Part shown: piece by piece, positions 28,313-40,859 of the stretch | Layout of the letters: each line of letters opens with the position of its first letter | How positions within the stretch are numbered: the first letter of the stretch is position 1 | NCBI RefSeq assembly: GCF_009914755.1 | Contig: NC_060926.1 | DNA length: 64,000 bases | Reading direction: 5' to 3' (one strand) | From: the human T2T-CHM13v2.0 reference genome, Homo sapiens | The notes under the pieces: model-generated | Seen by the model: the letters and a program-made list of their open reading frames with translations, nothing else | The model's database searches: none | Told to the model about the DNA's origin: nothing | Made by a program: the position numbers and the translations under genes

Positions 28313-28680
28313 ACTGCAGTCAGACAATCTTTTTAAAGTGAAAACCCAGTCATGTTGCTACCCAGTGAGAGCTACTTCAGGGCCTCAGGCTGCTCCCAGG
28401 ACGTAGTACTCATGGCGTGGGTTGGACTTTAGGGCCCTGTGTGAAGTGGCTCCTGCCTGTGTTCACTCTCTCTCTCCAGCCCCCAGGGACCATCAAGATC
28501 CCTCACTGGCCTCTTTCCCTCTGAAATAATGGTAACTGCCTGTCTCTTTACCAGACCGTGAGGTCCAGGACAGGTGGGGATGGTGTATGTTTGGTTCACG
28601 TGGATCCTCTAGCACTGTGTTTGGCAAACAGTAGGCACTCATACATGACCACTGTATGAAGGATGGATGGATGCCCACTA
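28300..28680 (+). mobile_element. L2 fragment continuing out of the VNTR
   Basis: CCACTGCAGTCAGACAATCTTTTTAAAGTG...CATGTTGCT and CTAGCACTGTGTTTGGCAAACAGTAGGCACTCA match the L2 3' region. Confidence 0.7.
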
Positions 28681-29676
28681 ATCTGTGAAACTTGCTGTTG
28701 CCTTAGTGATTATTTCTAAGATCTAATTCTCACCCATTGTTTATCCAAATCAGATGTCATTGTATTAGACACTAAGCAAGAGAAATAAATAATGAAGTTA
28801 TTAGAAAAAGCAAGACCAAGTCTTAGAATTCTATTATACATATAGGAAAAAAAGAATATATGGAAACATGCAAACTTAGAGAAAGTGCTTAACTCTAGGT
28901 ATTGAAACTAAGAATCGATTAATTATATTGTGCAAAGAGAAGACTAAGGAAAGAGGGAAATGTGGGACATCAAGGAGTTAAAGATATTTTAAGCAGGGAA
29001 GGAAGGAGGCGATGGAAGAAAGCAAGCCACTGTTCTAAAGAATGGGATTAATTAAATAAAGCATGGTACAACTGCTCAATGAAATTGTATGCACGCTGTT
29101 TGAAATCCTGTCTCTGAAGGTGGGGTAGTAGTGTCAAGGCTGACGCAGAAGAACTTTGGTGCTACCACATCCAAATGTCTCCTCAAACCACCCCAAAGGA
29201 ACATGTCCTCTACATAACACTGATGTGCTTGCTGTGTATATTTGGCTCCCCCAGAAGCGAGCTTCCTCCTTTAGCCAGCCTGCAGCCCAATCCCCAGGTG
29301 GATGAAAGGATGGTGACACCTCGGTGAAGATGGTGACAGTATTTGTGATATAAGTGTCGAAATACTAGATTTATATAAGTTTGAAGGACAATGAGATTAC
29401 AGTTATTCATTAAGAAAACAAATATAGAATTTATTCCAAAAGGTAAAAAAGGTGAAAGAAGATACGTAACATGAGTAGTATGGTTGTTGGAAGCATTTTT
29501 TCGTATTTTCACTTCAAAGTTTTAGAACTTTACACTTTCTTTGAACATGTACTGTAAAATAAAACAATGCAAAAATTGTGTTTTAAATATCAAATTAGCC
29601 ATACTTGATTCAAATTATACCTGTATACAAGGAAACACTCATTGGTTCACACTGTTCTTTTCTCTCCTTCCCAAAG

Positions 29677-30228
29677 GATGTGCTGGGTGGCGTCCTGATC
29701 ACCGCACTCCTCATCGTCCTCACCTACCCTGCCTGGACCTTCATCGACTGCCTGGACTCGGCCAGCCCCCTCTTCCCCGTGTGTGTCATAGTTGTGCCAT
29801 TCTTCCTGTGTTACAATTACCCTGTTTCTGATTACTACAGCCCAACCCGGGCGGACACCACCACCATTCTGGCTGCCGGGGCTGGAGTGACCATAGGATT
29901 CTGGATCAACCATTTCTTCCAGCTTGTATCCAAGCCCGCTGAATCTCTCCCTGTTATTCAGAACATCCCACCGCTCACCACCTACATGTTAGTTTTGGGT
30001 CTGACCAAATTTGCAGTGGGAATTGTGTTGATCCTCTTGGTTCGTCAGCTTGTACAAAATCTCTCACTGCAAGTATTATACTCATGGTTCAAGGTGGTCA
30101 CCAGGAACAAGGAGGCCAGGCGGAGACTGGAGATTGAAGTGCCTTACAAGTTTGTTACCTACACATCTGTTGGCATCTGCGCTACAACCTTTGTGCCGAT
30201 GCTTCACAGGTTTCTGGGATTACCCTGA
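29677..30228 (+). CDS. SGPP2: Terminal coding exon of sphingosine-1-phosphate phosphatase 2 (183 aa plus stop)
   Basis: A polypyrimidine tract and AAAG acceptor end at 29676 (phase 0). Translation DVLGGVLITALLIVLTYPAW...DYYSPTRADTTTILAAGAG...EIEVPYKFVTYTSVGICATTFVPMLHRFLGLP* matches the multi-TM SGPP2 C-terminus as I recall it. The first Asp completes the PAP2 SRxxxxxHxxxD motif. Confidence 0.97.
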   Translation, partial: DVLGGVLITALLIVLTYPAWTFIDCLDSASPLFPVCVIVVPFFLCYNYPVSDYYSPTRADTTTILAAGAGVTIGFWINHFFQLVSKPAESLPVIQNIPPLTTYMLVLGLTKFAVGIVLILLVRQLVQNLSLQVLYSWFKVVTRNKEARRRLEIEVPYKFVTYTSVGICATTFVPMLHRFLGLP

Positions 30229-30703
30229 GTCTCAAACAGTTGGAAACTAGCCCACTGGACATGAAAGCCAAGACATAGGAAAGTTATTGGTAGGCAAATC
30301 TTGACAACTTATTTTTCTTTAACAACAACAAAAAGTCATACGGCTGTCTTGCTACTACCAGATAAATGATGCTGCTGTGTGAAAGGAAGAACTGTCTCAT
30401 AGCGGTCATTGGTCATCCGTGGTGGTTGGTTGTGCTACAGTTGAACCCAGGCTAAAGACCATAATCCGGATCTTTAAAGGCACACACCGCCCCCCCCCCC
30501 CCCCCGCCCCCGGCCCCTGCTCCTCTCGCTGTTGCATGGGCTTTGGATCTAGTCATGGGCTGGCAGGAATTGTGGCCTGGCTTAGGAATAGCTATGAGCC
30601 CCACTGGGTTCTGGAGAGCCAGTAGAGATGGGGTGATCTGGGAGGCTGGAGGTAGAGCCTTTCTTTTCCGTTACAACCTTGCCTAGCATGGAGTTATTTC
30701 TAA

Positions 30704-31129
<426 letters not shown>

Positions 31130-32157
31130 TAAGATCACTCTGAAAGAAAGCTCACTGTGAAGAGATGAAAGGTGGAGGCAGAGCTGTGAGGTCATGGGGA
31201 AAAGCCTGCTTTCCTTATAAGTCCTGCTGTTCATGTTGGAATAAGGATCTGCTCTTCCTTGTTTCCATGCATTTTGCAGGATTCCAGGTACCATTACCAC
31301 ACTCTTCTGACCCATGAAACCAACTGGCTGCTCACACATCACCAAACAGGTTGGGGGTTAGCCTTCAGCACAGGTGGATACATCTGGGATTCACTGAGAT
31401 TCCTGCCCTCTCCTGCTTCCTAGTGGTTTGGGACAGGCCCTCTGCCCATCGTCAGCAGTTTTTTGCTTTCATACAAACCTGGAAGGCACTGGCATCTGCC
31501 TAGGAAAGTGGATCTGTGAAGAACAGATGAACTCAATCCTTTCTGGAGTCTGACAAAGAAGGGATAGGCTTCCTTGACATTGCCTGTCCTGACAAGGCCT
31601 CCCTGACATTACTCCTCCAATTTCACAGTTACCTTCTGTAAATCTATTTTCTCATCTACTGAATAGAATCAGGCGCCCTTTTTGTCTTCCCACCTCTTAT
31701 CTCTTGGCAATTTTAAGGGGAATTAATGCAAGAACAACTTTAGTGTCTCTTGGGAAAACAAGCCAACCAAATACAAAACCCATTAAGCCTACTAGGGTGA
31801 GTCCTCTTAACATGGGAAGGCGATGATTATGCAAACACCAGAGTTCCCTCCTCTTCAGTTCCTAAGAATAAAGAACAGGTATCAAGAACTTTCTTTAAAG
31901 TTAGTGTAACTATAGTTAACAAAGTATCCATTGAAGTTTAGTGCCTGTAGGACTGAGCCAGTGCTTTATCAACCCAACACATCATCACCATGTGCATACT
32001 CTAGAAAAAAAAATAGCTTCCTTAAAAGTTACAGAGGCTCTTAACGTGTTAAAACCGAAAAATCACATTTTTCTTGATTTCAAATATGTTCTACGGCCTT
32101 ACTGTTGGGATGATATTTAGTATGTAACTTAGCATTCCAATTTCTCAAGAATTTTTA

Positions 32158-32449
32158 GGCCGGGTGCGGTGGCTCATGCCTGTAATCCCAGCACTTTGGG
32201 AGGCCGAGGTGGGCGGACCACGAGGTCAGGAGATCGAGACCATCCTGGCTAACACGGTACCCCGTCTCTACTGAAAATACAAAAAAATTAGCCGGACGTG
32301 GTGGAGGGCGCCTGTAGTCCCAGCTACTCAGGAGGCTGAGGCAGGAGAATGGCGTGAACCCGGTGAGCGGAGCTTGCAGTGAGCCGAGATTGCGCCACTG
32401 CACTCCAGCCTGGGCGACAGAGCGAGACTCTCTCAAAAAAAAAAAAAAA
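32158..32449 (+). mobile_element. AluY in the SGPP2 3'UTR
   Basis: GAGATCGAGACCATCCTGGCTAACACGG, GAATGGCGTGAAC and GGAGCTTGCAGTG are Y diagnostics; CpG-rich; TSD AAGAATTTTTAG. Confidence 0.95.
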
Positions 32450-32840
32450 GAATTTTTAGCAAAACATCCTGTTTTTACTTAAAATTCTTCTCATATTTAT
32501 TATAGTTAGAAGGCAAAGATCAAGATGACCTGCCGTTTGACTGCTTTTACATCAAACTCTGCCCAGTATTTGCAGCACAACTCAGGGGAAGGGCCTTAGC
32601 TTACAGGTACTCCCAGCCTTCATCTGCCCCTGCAGAGCAGTGGCTGTCAGCCGGATGCGGCACTTTTCTGTATTTTCATCCACACAGCTGCCCAGCCAGA
32701 GTTCGCAACACTGGATATTTACACCAAATAATTGTGGTTGACTTGTCTGAAGCCAGCTGACAAAAGGATCAGCTTTTCCCACTTGTATTTTTTAAAAAGA
32801 GGGATTGTGATCATTGTCACAGAGTGGGTGCTGGCCTCTC

Positions 32841-32892
32841 ATATATATGATATATATATATATCATTTTATATATATATATATATCATATAC
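32841..32892. repeat. Interrupted (AT)n microsatellite
   Basis: ATATATATGATATATATATATATCATTTTATATATATATATATATCATATAC. Confidence 0.9.
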
Positions 32893-33936
32893 ATAATTTT
32901 TACTGCTGTCTCTAGTTTTAAGTCCCAACAATAGGAAGGCCGATCAGCTATATTGATATATTTAAGGCTGTACTTAACTAATTTGGGCTGAGGATGAATA
33001 TATCAGCCACAGCACATTAAAGAATGAGCCAAGGATTTGTCATGGTTGGTCACTTTTTAAAGTATTTGATTACTGCAACTGGAGAATGAAAAGTGTATAT
33101 TGGTGACGCCAACCTCAGTTTCTGAGCACTCCTGCTCTGTGGTGAGAATCAGACAAAAATTCATCGGGGTGAAAAAAAAAAGGCATTACCTGATTCACAC
33201 CCTTGTCTTGCTAGCCCTCTTCCATTCATTTCTCACACAGCACTTTGCTCTGTTAAATCCTCTGTCTCAGACCATTGCTTGCCCCTTCAAAGGGTATGGT
33301 TCAGGCTCCTTTCAAGACATTTGGAGTTTCTCTCTGGGGAAAGAGAGCCCCCTACTGGTTTGGCTTCAGTCTAGGTCCACCATCCCTCTCGATCTGGCAT
33401 CTTGGAGATTAATTTAAAAGGCAAGCTCACCACAATGTAAGCCTATGGTCTGGCCAACCTTGCTTTTGGGAACTGTGACACCAAAGCCCCCAGGACTATC
33501 TGCCTCTCCAGGAGCCAGATAGAATGACATGCCTTTTTCCTAATTGTCCACATTCCACCCCCAACCCACTGCCACTGTGGGCCAAGCCATCCATCTTGCA
33601 ATCTTCATCTAAAACAGCTCTCATTTCATGCCAGTTTTGCTCAAACCTGCACCGTCACAAGATATTCAGAAGATGAAAACGTAGAAGACACCCCTGAATT
33701 AAAAACACTTACATAGCAGTGGCTGGAATTACTCCAAAACGTGCCCAGTGATCGCACTGTAACATGGGATTTTCTCACCCAAATAGGCAACTCATGCTTC
33801 CTGAGTGTAATCAAAGCATGTGGTGTTTTGGGGCCATATGCACCAGGTTTCTATTTTAGAAACCTTCAGCTGTCTTGCTTATGTACCATATGTAAATTTA
33901 TTCTTTTTAAAAATCACTTTTATTTGATTTTGACTT

Positions 33937-33942
33937 ATTAAA
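33937..33942 (+). terminator. Probable distal SGPP2 poly(A) signal ATTAAA
   Basis: Two upstream TGTA motifs (~33882, 33891), a U-rich upstream region and a GT/T-rich downstream element (GTGTTCTGTTTCCTTGCATTTTTTT). Confidence 0.7.
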
Positions 33943-34940
33943 TGCTTTAAAAGCCAGTGTTCTGTTTCCTTGCATTTTTTTCTTAACGTAGATCTTTTTC
34001 TCTGAATTCATTGGACCTGAGTTGAAAAGGGGACAAAAATAAGAGGCAGGCTACATAATTCTCTGTTCTTGTCATAATCCAATCATGTGCAAATGTTGGA
34101 GAGCCTTGGAGGACCCACAGGTGTGGTAACAAGAAAGAAGTAGCATGTTGGCATCCTTAAATCCCCTCCTCTACTCCATGATACTAAAGAACCTCCTTTT
34201 ACTTTATATGGAGTTAAATGTCACTATGTTTTGAAAGGTAAATGTTGTAAGTTTTGCTAGTTAAGGTAAGTAAAAGGTTTTTAGAGATGCGTTCTCTATC
34301 TGCTGAACCAAATAAACATAACCGTCATTCAAATTCACAGTGTATCACTGCAATGATGTGGTCTGCCTTTAAGCATCCCAAATTTGCTATTTGAGATGGT
34401 ACATACAGTTGACACTGCCCCTTATTTGCAAGGGCAGACCTAGGACTCTATTTGTACTTTGAGCAGGACGTATGAGATGTAAAGCTCCAACCTATCCTGT
34501 GCAGTTTTCGCAGGACAGAGAAGACACAGGGGCAGAGAATTACAATTCAGGAGCCAAATGGTTAAGGCTGTAGGGAAGAGAAAACAACGACATGGGAACT
34601 GGGAGGAGGGGTAGACTGCATGAGCGAGGTTTAGAGAACAGATGGGGTTTGCACAGGGAATGTGACGGGAAGTAGGTAGGAGATGGTACTCCATGGCTAG
34701 AGAACAGCGTGTCTGAGGCACTTCCCAAACACCTCCAGCTCTTACAAGAAAAAAAACCAGACCACGTTGGTGATCGTAAGAATAACAGTGGTGGTGGTGG
34801 TGGTGAAATAAAGGATGAGCATAGGGCTGTGACACCGCAAAATCAAACCACACGAACAAGAAGTGTGAGAAGGCCCTCCCAGAGGGGGTGACGTCCAGAG
34901 GTGACTTCACAGACTCCTTTCATCACTCCTCATTCAAATA

Positions 34941-35374
34941 CAGTTGCCCCTTGAACAACTCGGAGCTCAGGGGTGCCAACCTCCTATGCAGTAAAAATGC
35001 ATATAACTTATGACTCCCCCAAAACTTAACTACTAATAGTCTGCTGTCAATGGGAAGCCTTTCTGATAGCACAATCAGTAGATTACCACATATCTTATGT
35101 TATAGGCATTATATATTGTATTCTTACAATAAAGTAAACTGGAGAAAAGAAAATGTTAAGAAAATTGTAAGGAAAATACATTTACCCTTCATTAAGTGGA
35201 AGGGGATCATCGCAAAAGTCTTCATCCTCATCTTCATGTTGAGGAGGCTGAGGAGGAGGAAGAGAGGGAAGAGGAGGGGTTGTTCTTACTGTGTCAGGGG
35301 TGGCAGAGGCAGGAGAAAATCCACATACCACTGAATGTGTACAGTTCAAACCCATCTTGTCCAAGGGTTAACTG
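34941..35374 (+). mobile_element. Tigger2a/MER28-like non-autonomous DNA transposon
   Basis: TIRs CAGTTGCCCCTTGAACAA and TTGTCCAAGGGTTAACTG flanked by TA. The minus frame encodes EDEDEDFCDDPLPLNE, the Tigger transposase C-terminus. Confidence 0.88.
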
Positions 35375-36316
35375 TACTCACCAGTCAGCCCGAGCACCTT
35401 CCCCGTCTGCCATCTCTGCACGCACAGCGTCATTCCCATCCTTCTTGTTCCTCTCTTGGCAGACATGACCAACAGCTGGGACCTCCTTCTGTGTCCTTCA
35501 TGCCCACTCCCTTCCCCCGTCTTCTCTTTGCTCAGTTCCCTGAACTAGTCATGTGAAACTTCATTTTCAAAATATTTTACCGTGATCCTGGCTCTTCAGA
35601 GAACTTCAAAATGCTTCAAAATGCTCCAAGTCTTTCTTTAATGATTGTGAATGAAGCCCTCATCCTCTAGTAAGAAGCTACCCAAGAGCCAAGTGGAATA
35701 GCAACATACACATATCTCATTTGAGACAAGAGATGTTTTTTCCTCGAAGCTGCTTGTGTTTTGATTTTTTTAAACTTGAATTTTAACTGCACGTATGGGT
35801 TTGCCATTAGAATTCCAGTTAAAATTTGGATTCTTCATTTCTGTGAACATAAGGCTTTAATGGGTGACTCTGTGCACACCATGCATCCATTGTTTTCTTA
35901 AAATGAGACACACCTGTAGTACAGACTTGGATATTTACAGAATGCACATTAAGAAGAATCAGAGTTAAATGTAGGCCATGAAGAGAATGCTAAATTCTTA
36001 AAACTGTAGCCACGTGAGACAGGGAGCTATACAAAGCCAAAAATAATTCTTCTTTTTCCAAGCCTGTCTATATGGCATGCAAAAAAACCAAGAAAAGTAA
36101 GGATGTAGCTAGGAGTTCCACTGTAATGCTTCTTTAACACACGCACTCAACACATCTGCTGGCCTTGCTCTCTGTATGGCAAGCCAGATTCTGCCCAATG
36201 CAGGTGTTCAAATGTCAATGCCTCTTTAATATACACAAAGATGGCCTCAGATCATTAGGGGTGAGCCAGGGTGAAAAGTGGGTCCTGCCTTAATGCCCAT
36301 GCCTGCAAGAGTCTTA

Positions 36317-36588
36317 TAATCTACCTGTATCCATGAGTGCAGATAGGAGTGAAGCCTCTTGGGCTTCCAGTCTGCAATGTCTCTGTCACGTGGAAACCTG
36401 ATGGGTGCCACTGTGAGTGGGGCCAATTATGCACAGTGCACACTAAACACAGATCATTTTAGCCTTCCTAACTGGCCACTAATAAAAAGACGCTGAAGTA
36501 TCCTGAAGATCAAAGAGAGATTTCCACCATGCCTCAATACAAACCCCAGTCCGGGCCTCTGCATGACAGGTGTTGTGCCTAGTGTTTT
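36317..36588 (+). repeat. Left arm of a long non-Alu inverted repeat
   Basis: Reverse complement of 37819-38094 with 15 substitutions and one 4-bp indel (manual alignment). Confidence 0.95.
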
Positions 36589-37070
36589 ACACAAGTCATC
36601 TCACCTACATGATTTGCTTAAGGGGCACCTCTCTGTCTGGCTCTCTTGTCTCATCTGCCCCAACGTCACCCAAGTGCTCCTTGTTTAAATGTTCTGCCCA
36701 AGACACACAGCCAAAAAATCTCTAATCCCACCTATCTCCACTGGGGCTTTTTCTCTGACCTTTCCAGCACGAAATGTGACTGTTTATTCCGTGTGTCACA
36801 ACTGGTTTCTTGTCAGCCCTAAGTAGTTGGTTATTGTAGGGACAGGCATATTTTATTCCTGACAAAAAGCTGTGCCATGTGGAAATCAGAACATTTCTTT
36901 TGCTATCAGGCTTGATATCAACCAGGCACACTTTCTCCACATCTTCACCTTCCCACCTAGAAGGCCAGATTTACTTCATGTCTGCAAGTCCTCTGATTCC
37001 AGCGGTGTATGCGGCAGCTCTCTTGCATAGCCTTGCCAGCGCTCCTAACGTGATGGATTCTTCCGAATGC

Positions 37071-37206
37071 TTTTTCTTTTCTTTTTTTCTTTTTTTGAGA
37101 CAGGGTCTCACCGTGTCACCCAGGCTGGAGTACTGTGTGGTGCAATCCTGGCTCACATGGCAACTACAGGCGCACACCACGCCTAGCTAATTTTTGTATG
37201 TATGTA

Positions 37207-37243
<37 letters not shown>

Positions 37244-37389
37244 TTTTTTATTTTTATTTTTTTTATTTTTTGTAAAGATGGGTTTTGCCATGTTGCCCAG
37301 GCTCGTCACTAACTCCTGGGCTTTGGTGATCTGCCTACCTCAGCCTCCCAAAGTGCTGGGATTACAGGCATGAGCCACCACACTGAGGC
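37071..37389 (-). mobile_element. AluJ with an internal deletion and a (TG)n(TA)n microsatellite in the linker
   Basis: Antisense Alu arms flank TATG/TG/TA repeats at 37196-37242. Confidence 0.88.
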
Positions 37390-37818
37390 TTCAAATGTTT
37401 TCTCCTGGAGATTCATGCCTTTCCTGCCTTTCTTCAATAGAAACAAGGAAGGCCAAACCTTACAGACGAAGAATGAAAAGCTTGAGTGTGAACCTTGAGT
37501 ATATTCTTAGCACACTCCATTAGTCACTTCAGAAGAAAAAAAAACCTACAGGGTTTGGTCAGACATAATTCAATTAGACCCTTTGCTGGAGATACTTATT
37601 CAACCCACAGTCTAGCTACAATATTCACTCATCCTTTCTGCCTACTAGAAAGCCAAAGCAGAGAATACCTGAACATGAAGTAGACATCGCGGAGACTCAA
37701 ACCGCTTTGCTTCTGCGTTGCCCTTCTTGCTGCCTGGCCCATTTGTCAAGCACAGTCATTTGACAGCTCTTCTTTTATCTAAGCAGGTCATGTTCCCTAC
37801 ATGGACTCTGGTCAGGGC

Positions 37819-38094
37819 AAAACACTAGGCACAGCACCTGTCAAGCGGAGGCCCGGACTGGGGTTTGTATTGAGGCATGGTGGAAATCTCTCTTTGATCT
37901 TCAGGATACTTACTTCAGTGTCTTTTTATTAGTGGCTAATTAGGAAGGCTAAAATGATCTGTGTTTAGTGTGCACTGTGCATAATTGGCCCCCCTCACAG
38001 AGGCACCCATCAGGTTTCCATGTGACAGAGATGCTGCAGACTGGAAGCCTAGGAGGCTTCACTCCTATCTGCGCTCATGGATACAGGTAGATTA
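37819..38094 (-). repeat. Right arm of the long inverted repeat
   Basis: Reverse complement of 36317-36588. Confidence 0.95.
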
Positions 38095-38187
38095 GGGAAC
38101 TGCTACAGACTGTCCCAGAGGTGTACTGCTGCCTTGAATTTTATCATGCATGCCACTCTCTACTTTTTGAATGCAAGTTTTCAATAA

Positions 38188-38583
38188 TGTGTTTTAGTTT
38201 GCTGGGACTGTCACAACAAAAGACTATAGGCTGGGTGGCTTCAATAAAAGAATTTTATTTCTCACAGTTCTGGAGGCTAGAATTTCAAGATCAAGGTGCC
38301 AGCAAAATAGGTTTCATTCTGATCCCTCTCCTAGCTTGCTGGTGGCCACCATGTTGCTGTGTGGTCATATCACCTCTTCTGTATGTGTGCGCCAGGTAGG
38401 CAGAGAAACAGAGCAAGCTCTCTGGTGTTTCTTCTTATCAGGCCACTGAGCCTTTCATGAGGGCCTCCCTCTCATGACCTCATCTAGCTCTAATCACCTG
38501 CCAAAGGCCTCATCTCCAAAGACCATCACACTGGAGGTCAGAGGGTCAACATGAATTTGTGGGGATACATTCAGTCCATAATA
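38188..38583 (-). mobile_element. MLT1-family (ERVL-MaLR) solo LTR
   Basis: TTAGTTTGCTGGG...CTGGGTGGCTT...TTTATTTCTCACAGTTCTGGAGGCTAG...TCAAGATCAAGGTG...CATGACCTCATCTA...TTCAGTCCATA. Confidence 0.85.
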
Positions 38584-39906
38584 ATATACATAAAGTTATT
38601 CAAGGCCCTAATAACATAATAAGCCAGAACTTGGATATCAGATGGGTCAAAGGCTTTCAATGCTTAGGAGGCATATTCTGCTTAAGGCAATGGTGTCCCT
38701 TGAAGGCTATCTGTCTGCTTTTGGATAAAATGGACAGAAGGGCCAAAGTAAATACTCAAGTATTAGGGTTAGTGATGTTATATAAAACACCAAGCACAAA
38801 TAGATTAAGATTGAGAAGCAAGATTGTGAGTAATGTTCTCTCTTACCAAGCTGATGAGCCCATCATTGCTGAGAGCAGGGGCAGTGGTTAGGCTGGCTGG
38901 TTTGTAGTAGATTACTCCTGTTTAAAATGTGAGAACAGTCATTCAACATGTTTTAAATTCAAAACACATCCTTTGACCTAGCGACTTCTACATCTAAGAT
39001 GTAAGGTACTGGAATAATATATAGTTCAAGTACAAACGTCACATCAAAGAAATATCTAATGAACTCTATGCATCTCTGAATGTGTCTGTCAAATGTGGAT
39101 ATTTATACAGTCTTGCACCCATTAGGACTGGTTTTCCTTGGGGTCCTAAGCCAGTGCTATTTAGCAGGATAGGGGGTTCATTGGAGCAGTGTTTATAATT
39201 GCAAACAGTTGGAAACAACTGAATGTCCACCAACAAGGGAATAATTGAACAATTACGGACATCTGTACAATAGAATATTACCTCATTTAAAAGAATGAGA
39301 TAGGTCTATAGGCACTGACCTGAAAAAATGGGGCATATTAAGTGAAATGTCATGAGATATATGTAAAATAAAAAACAAAACTTGTTGCAAACCAGTAAGT
39401 AGAGCATGACCCCCAAAAATGTGAGCAGGTGTGTGTGGCTGACTGTACAAATCAAGGAAAATGTCCAAACTAAGGAACAATACAGGCTAAATTGTTAACA
39501 GCAGTTAGTTACTTCAGGGAATCAGGAGGAAGAAAGGTAGATTAACTCAGTAAGGCCACAGTTTGCAGAGTTTTTTTAAAGTATCGGACTTAACAATTTT
39601 TAACTTTTTGTCTCCCATTATTTTTATATTTTTAAAAAGTGTAGAAAGTCCCATTATTTACTTTCGCATAAATAAGTAAATAATGCAAATCAGTGAGTGG
39701 TCTGTGGACTCCAAGTCACTCTTTTATAGTGTCTCAAACTCATTTATTGGCTATGTGACTTCTGAGTAAGTTATTGATCTCTCTGAAACTCAACTGTTTT
39801 CACCCTACACATCAGGGAGAATTCCTACTCTCATACCGTTATTAAACCAAAAAAATTAAAATGTGAAAAAAGATCAATTCAAAAATAATTTAAAAACAGA
39901 AGAGCA

Positions 39907-40256
<350 letters not shown>

Positions 40257-40859
40257 CTAGAACAAAAATCAATTCCATTTAATTTTCACTTTAATACTAG
40301 AGCTCCCAGTTTTTACTAAGAAGGTGTGCATCTTCTGTAATAAAGGCTTTTGGCAGTACTCACAGACTGCCCTGGCTCCAGTTCAAATGCTTCACCAGGG
40401 ACAAGTGTAAGATGATCTGGCTGCAGAGCCTCGACTCATGAGCTGGATTCGCTTCTTCCAATGCAGCCGACACTGTTTTTCTGCCTACCATTTCCTGCTT
40501 CCGAGGGCAGAAACATCTACATGATGCATGGAGTTGATCTTTCCCCTTTCATGCTGGGATATACAATTAGGCATTAGTGGGTTTTTCATTACAAGTAATT
40601 TTGGCCACCCCCAAAAATATCCAGGTGGGTAGCTGCTGACAGAACAAATGGTTCCACCTACTTCAACAAGGGCTATCATATGATGATCCATAAGCCATGA
40701 TTTTAACTAGAGCGAACCTGAAACTAAGGGAGAATATATCATTAATAGCTGTGGACCAGTGAGCCACCTTGAGCACAACTGCCAATTCTACAGTTCAGGC
40801 TATTTCTCTAGGCATTTATCAACTGGTGTTATGTAGTTAAAATCAGTAAAATACTACAT

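Noticed and set aside
29605-29676. N-terminal 24 aa of the 207-aa ORF
   Set aside because: Intronic in-frame extension from a TTG upstream of the splice acceptor at 29676.
34440-34910. 156-aa minus-strand ORF containing a His6 run
   Set aside because: The His run comes from a (GGT)n repeat; no homology or exon signals.
36317-38094. Inverted repeat as the TIRs of a long-TIR DNA transposon, or as a miRNA hairpin
   Set aside because: No flanking TSD, no transposase remnant seen in the spacer, arm identity looks too high for the extinct human DNA transposons, and a 1.2 kb loop is not a pre-miRNA.
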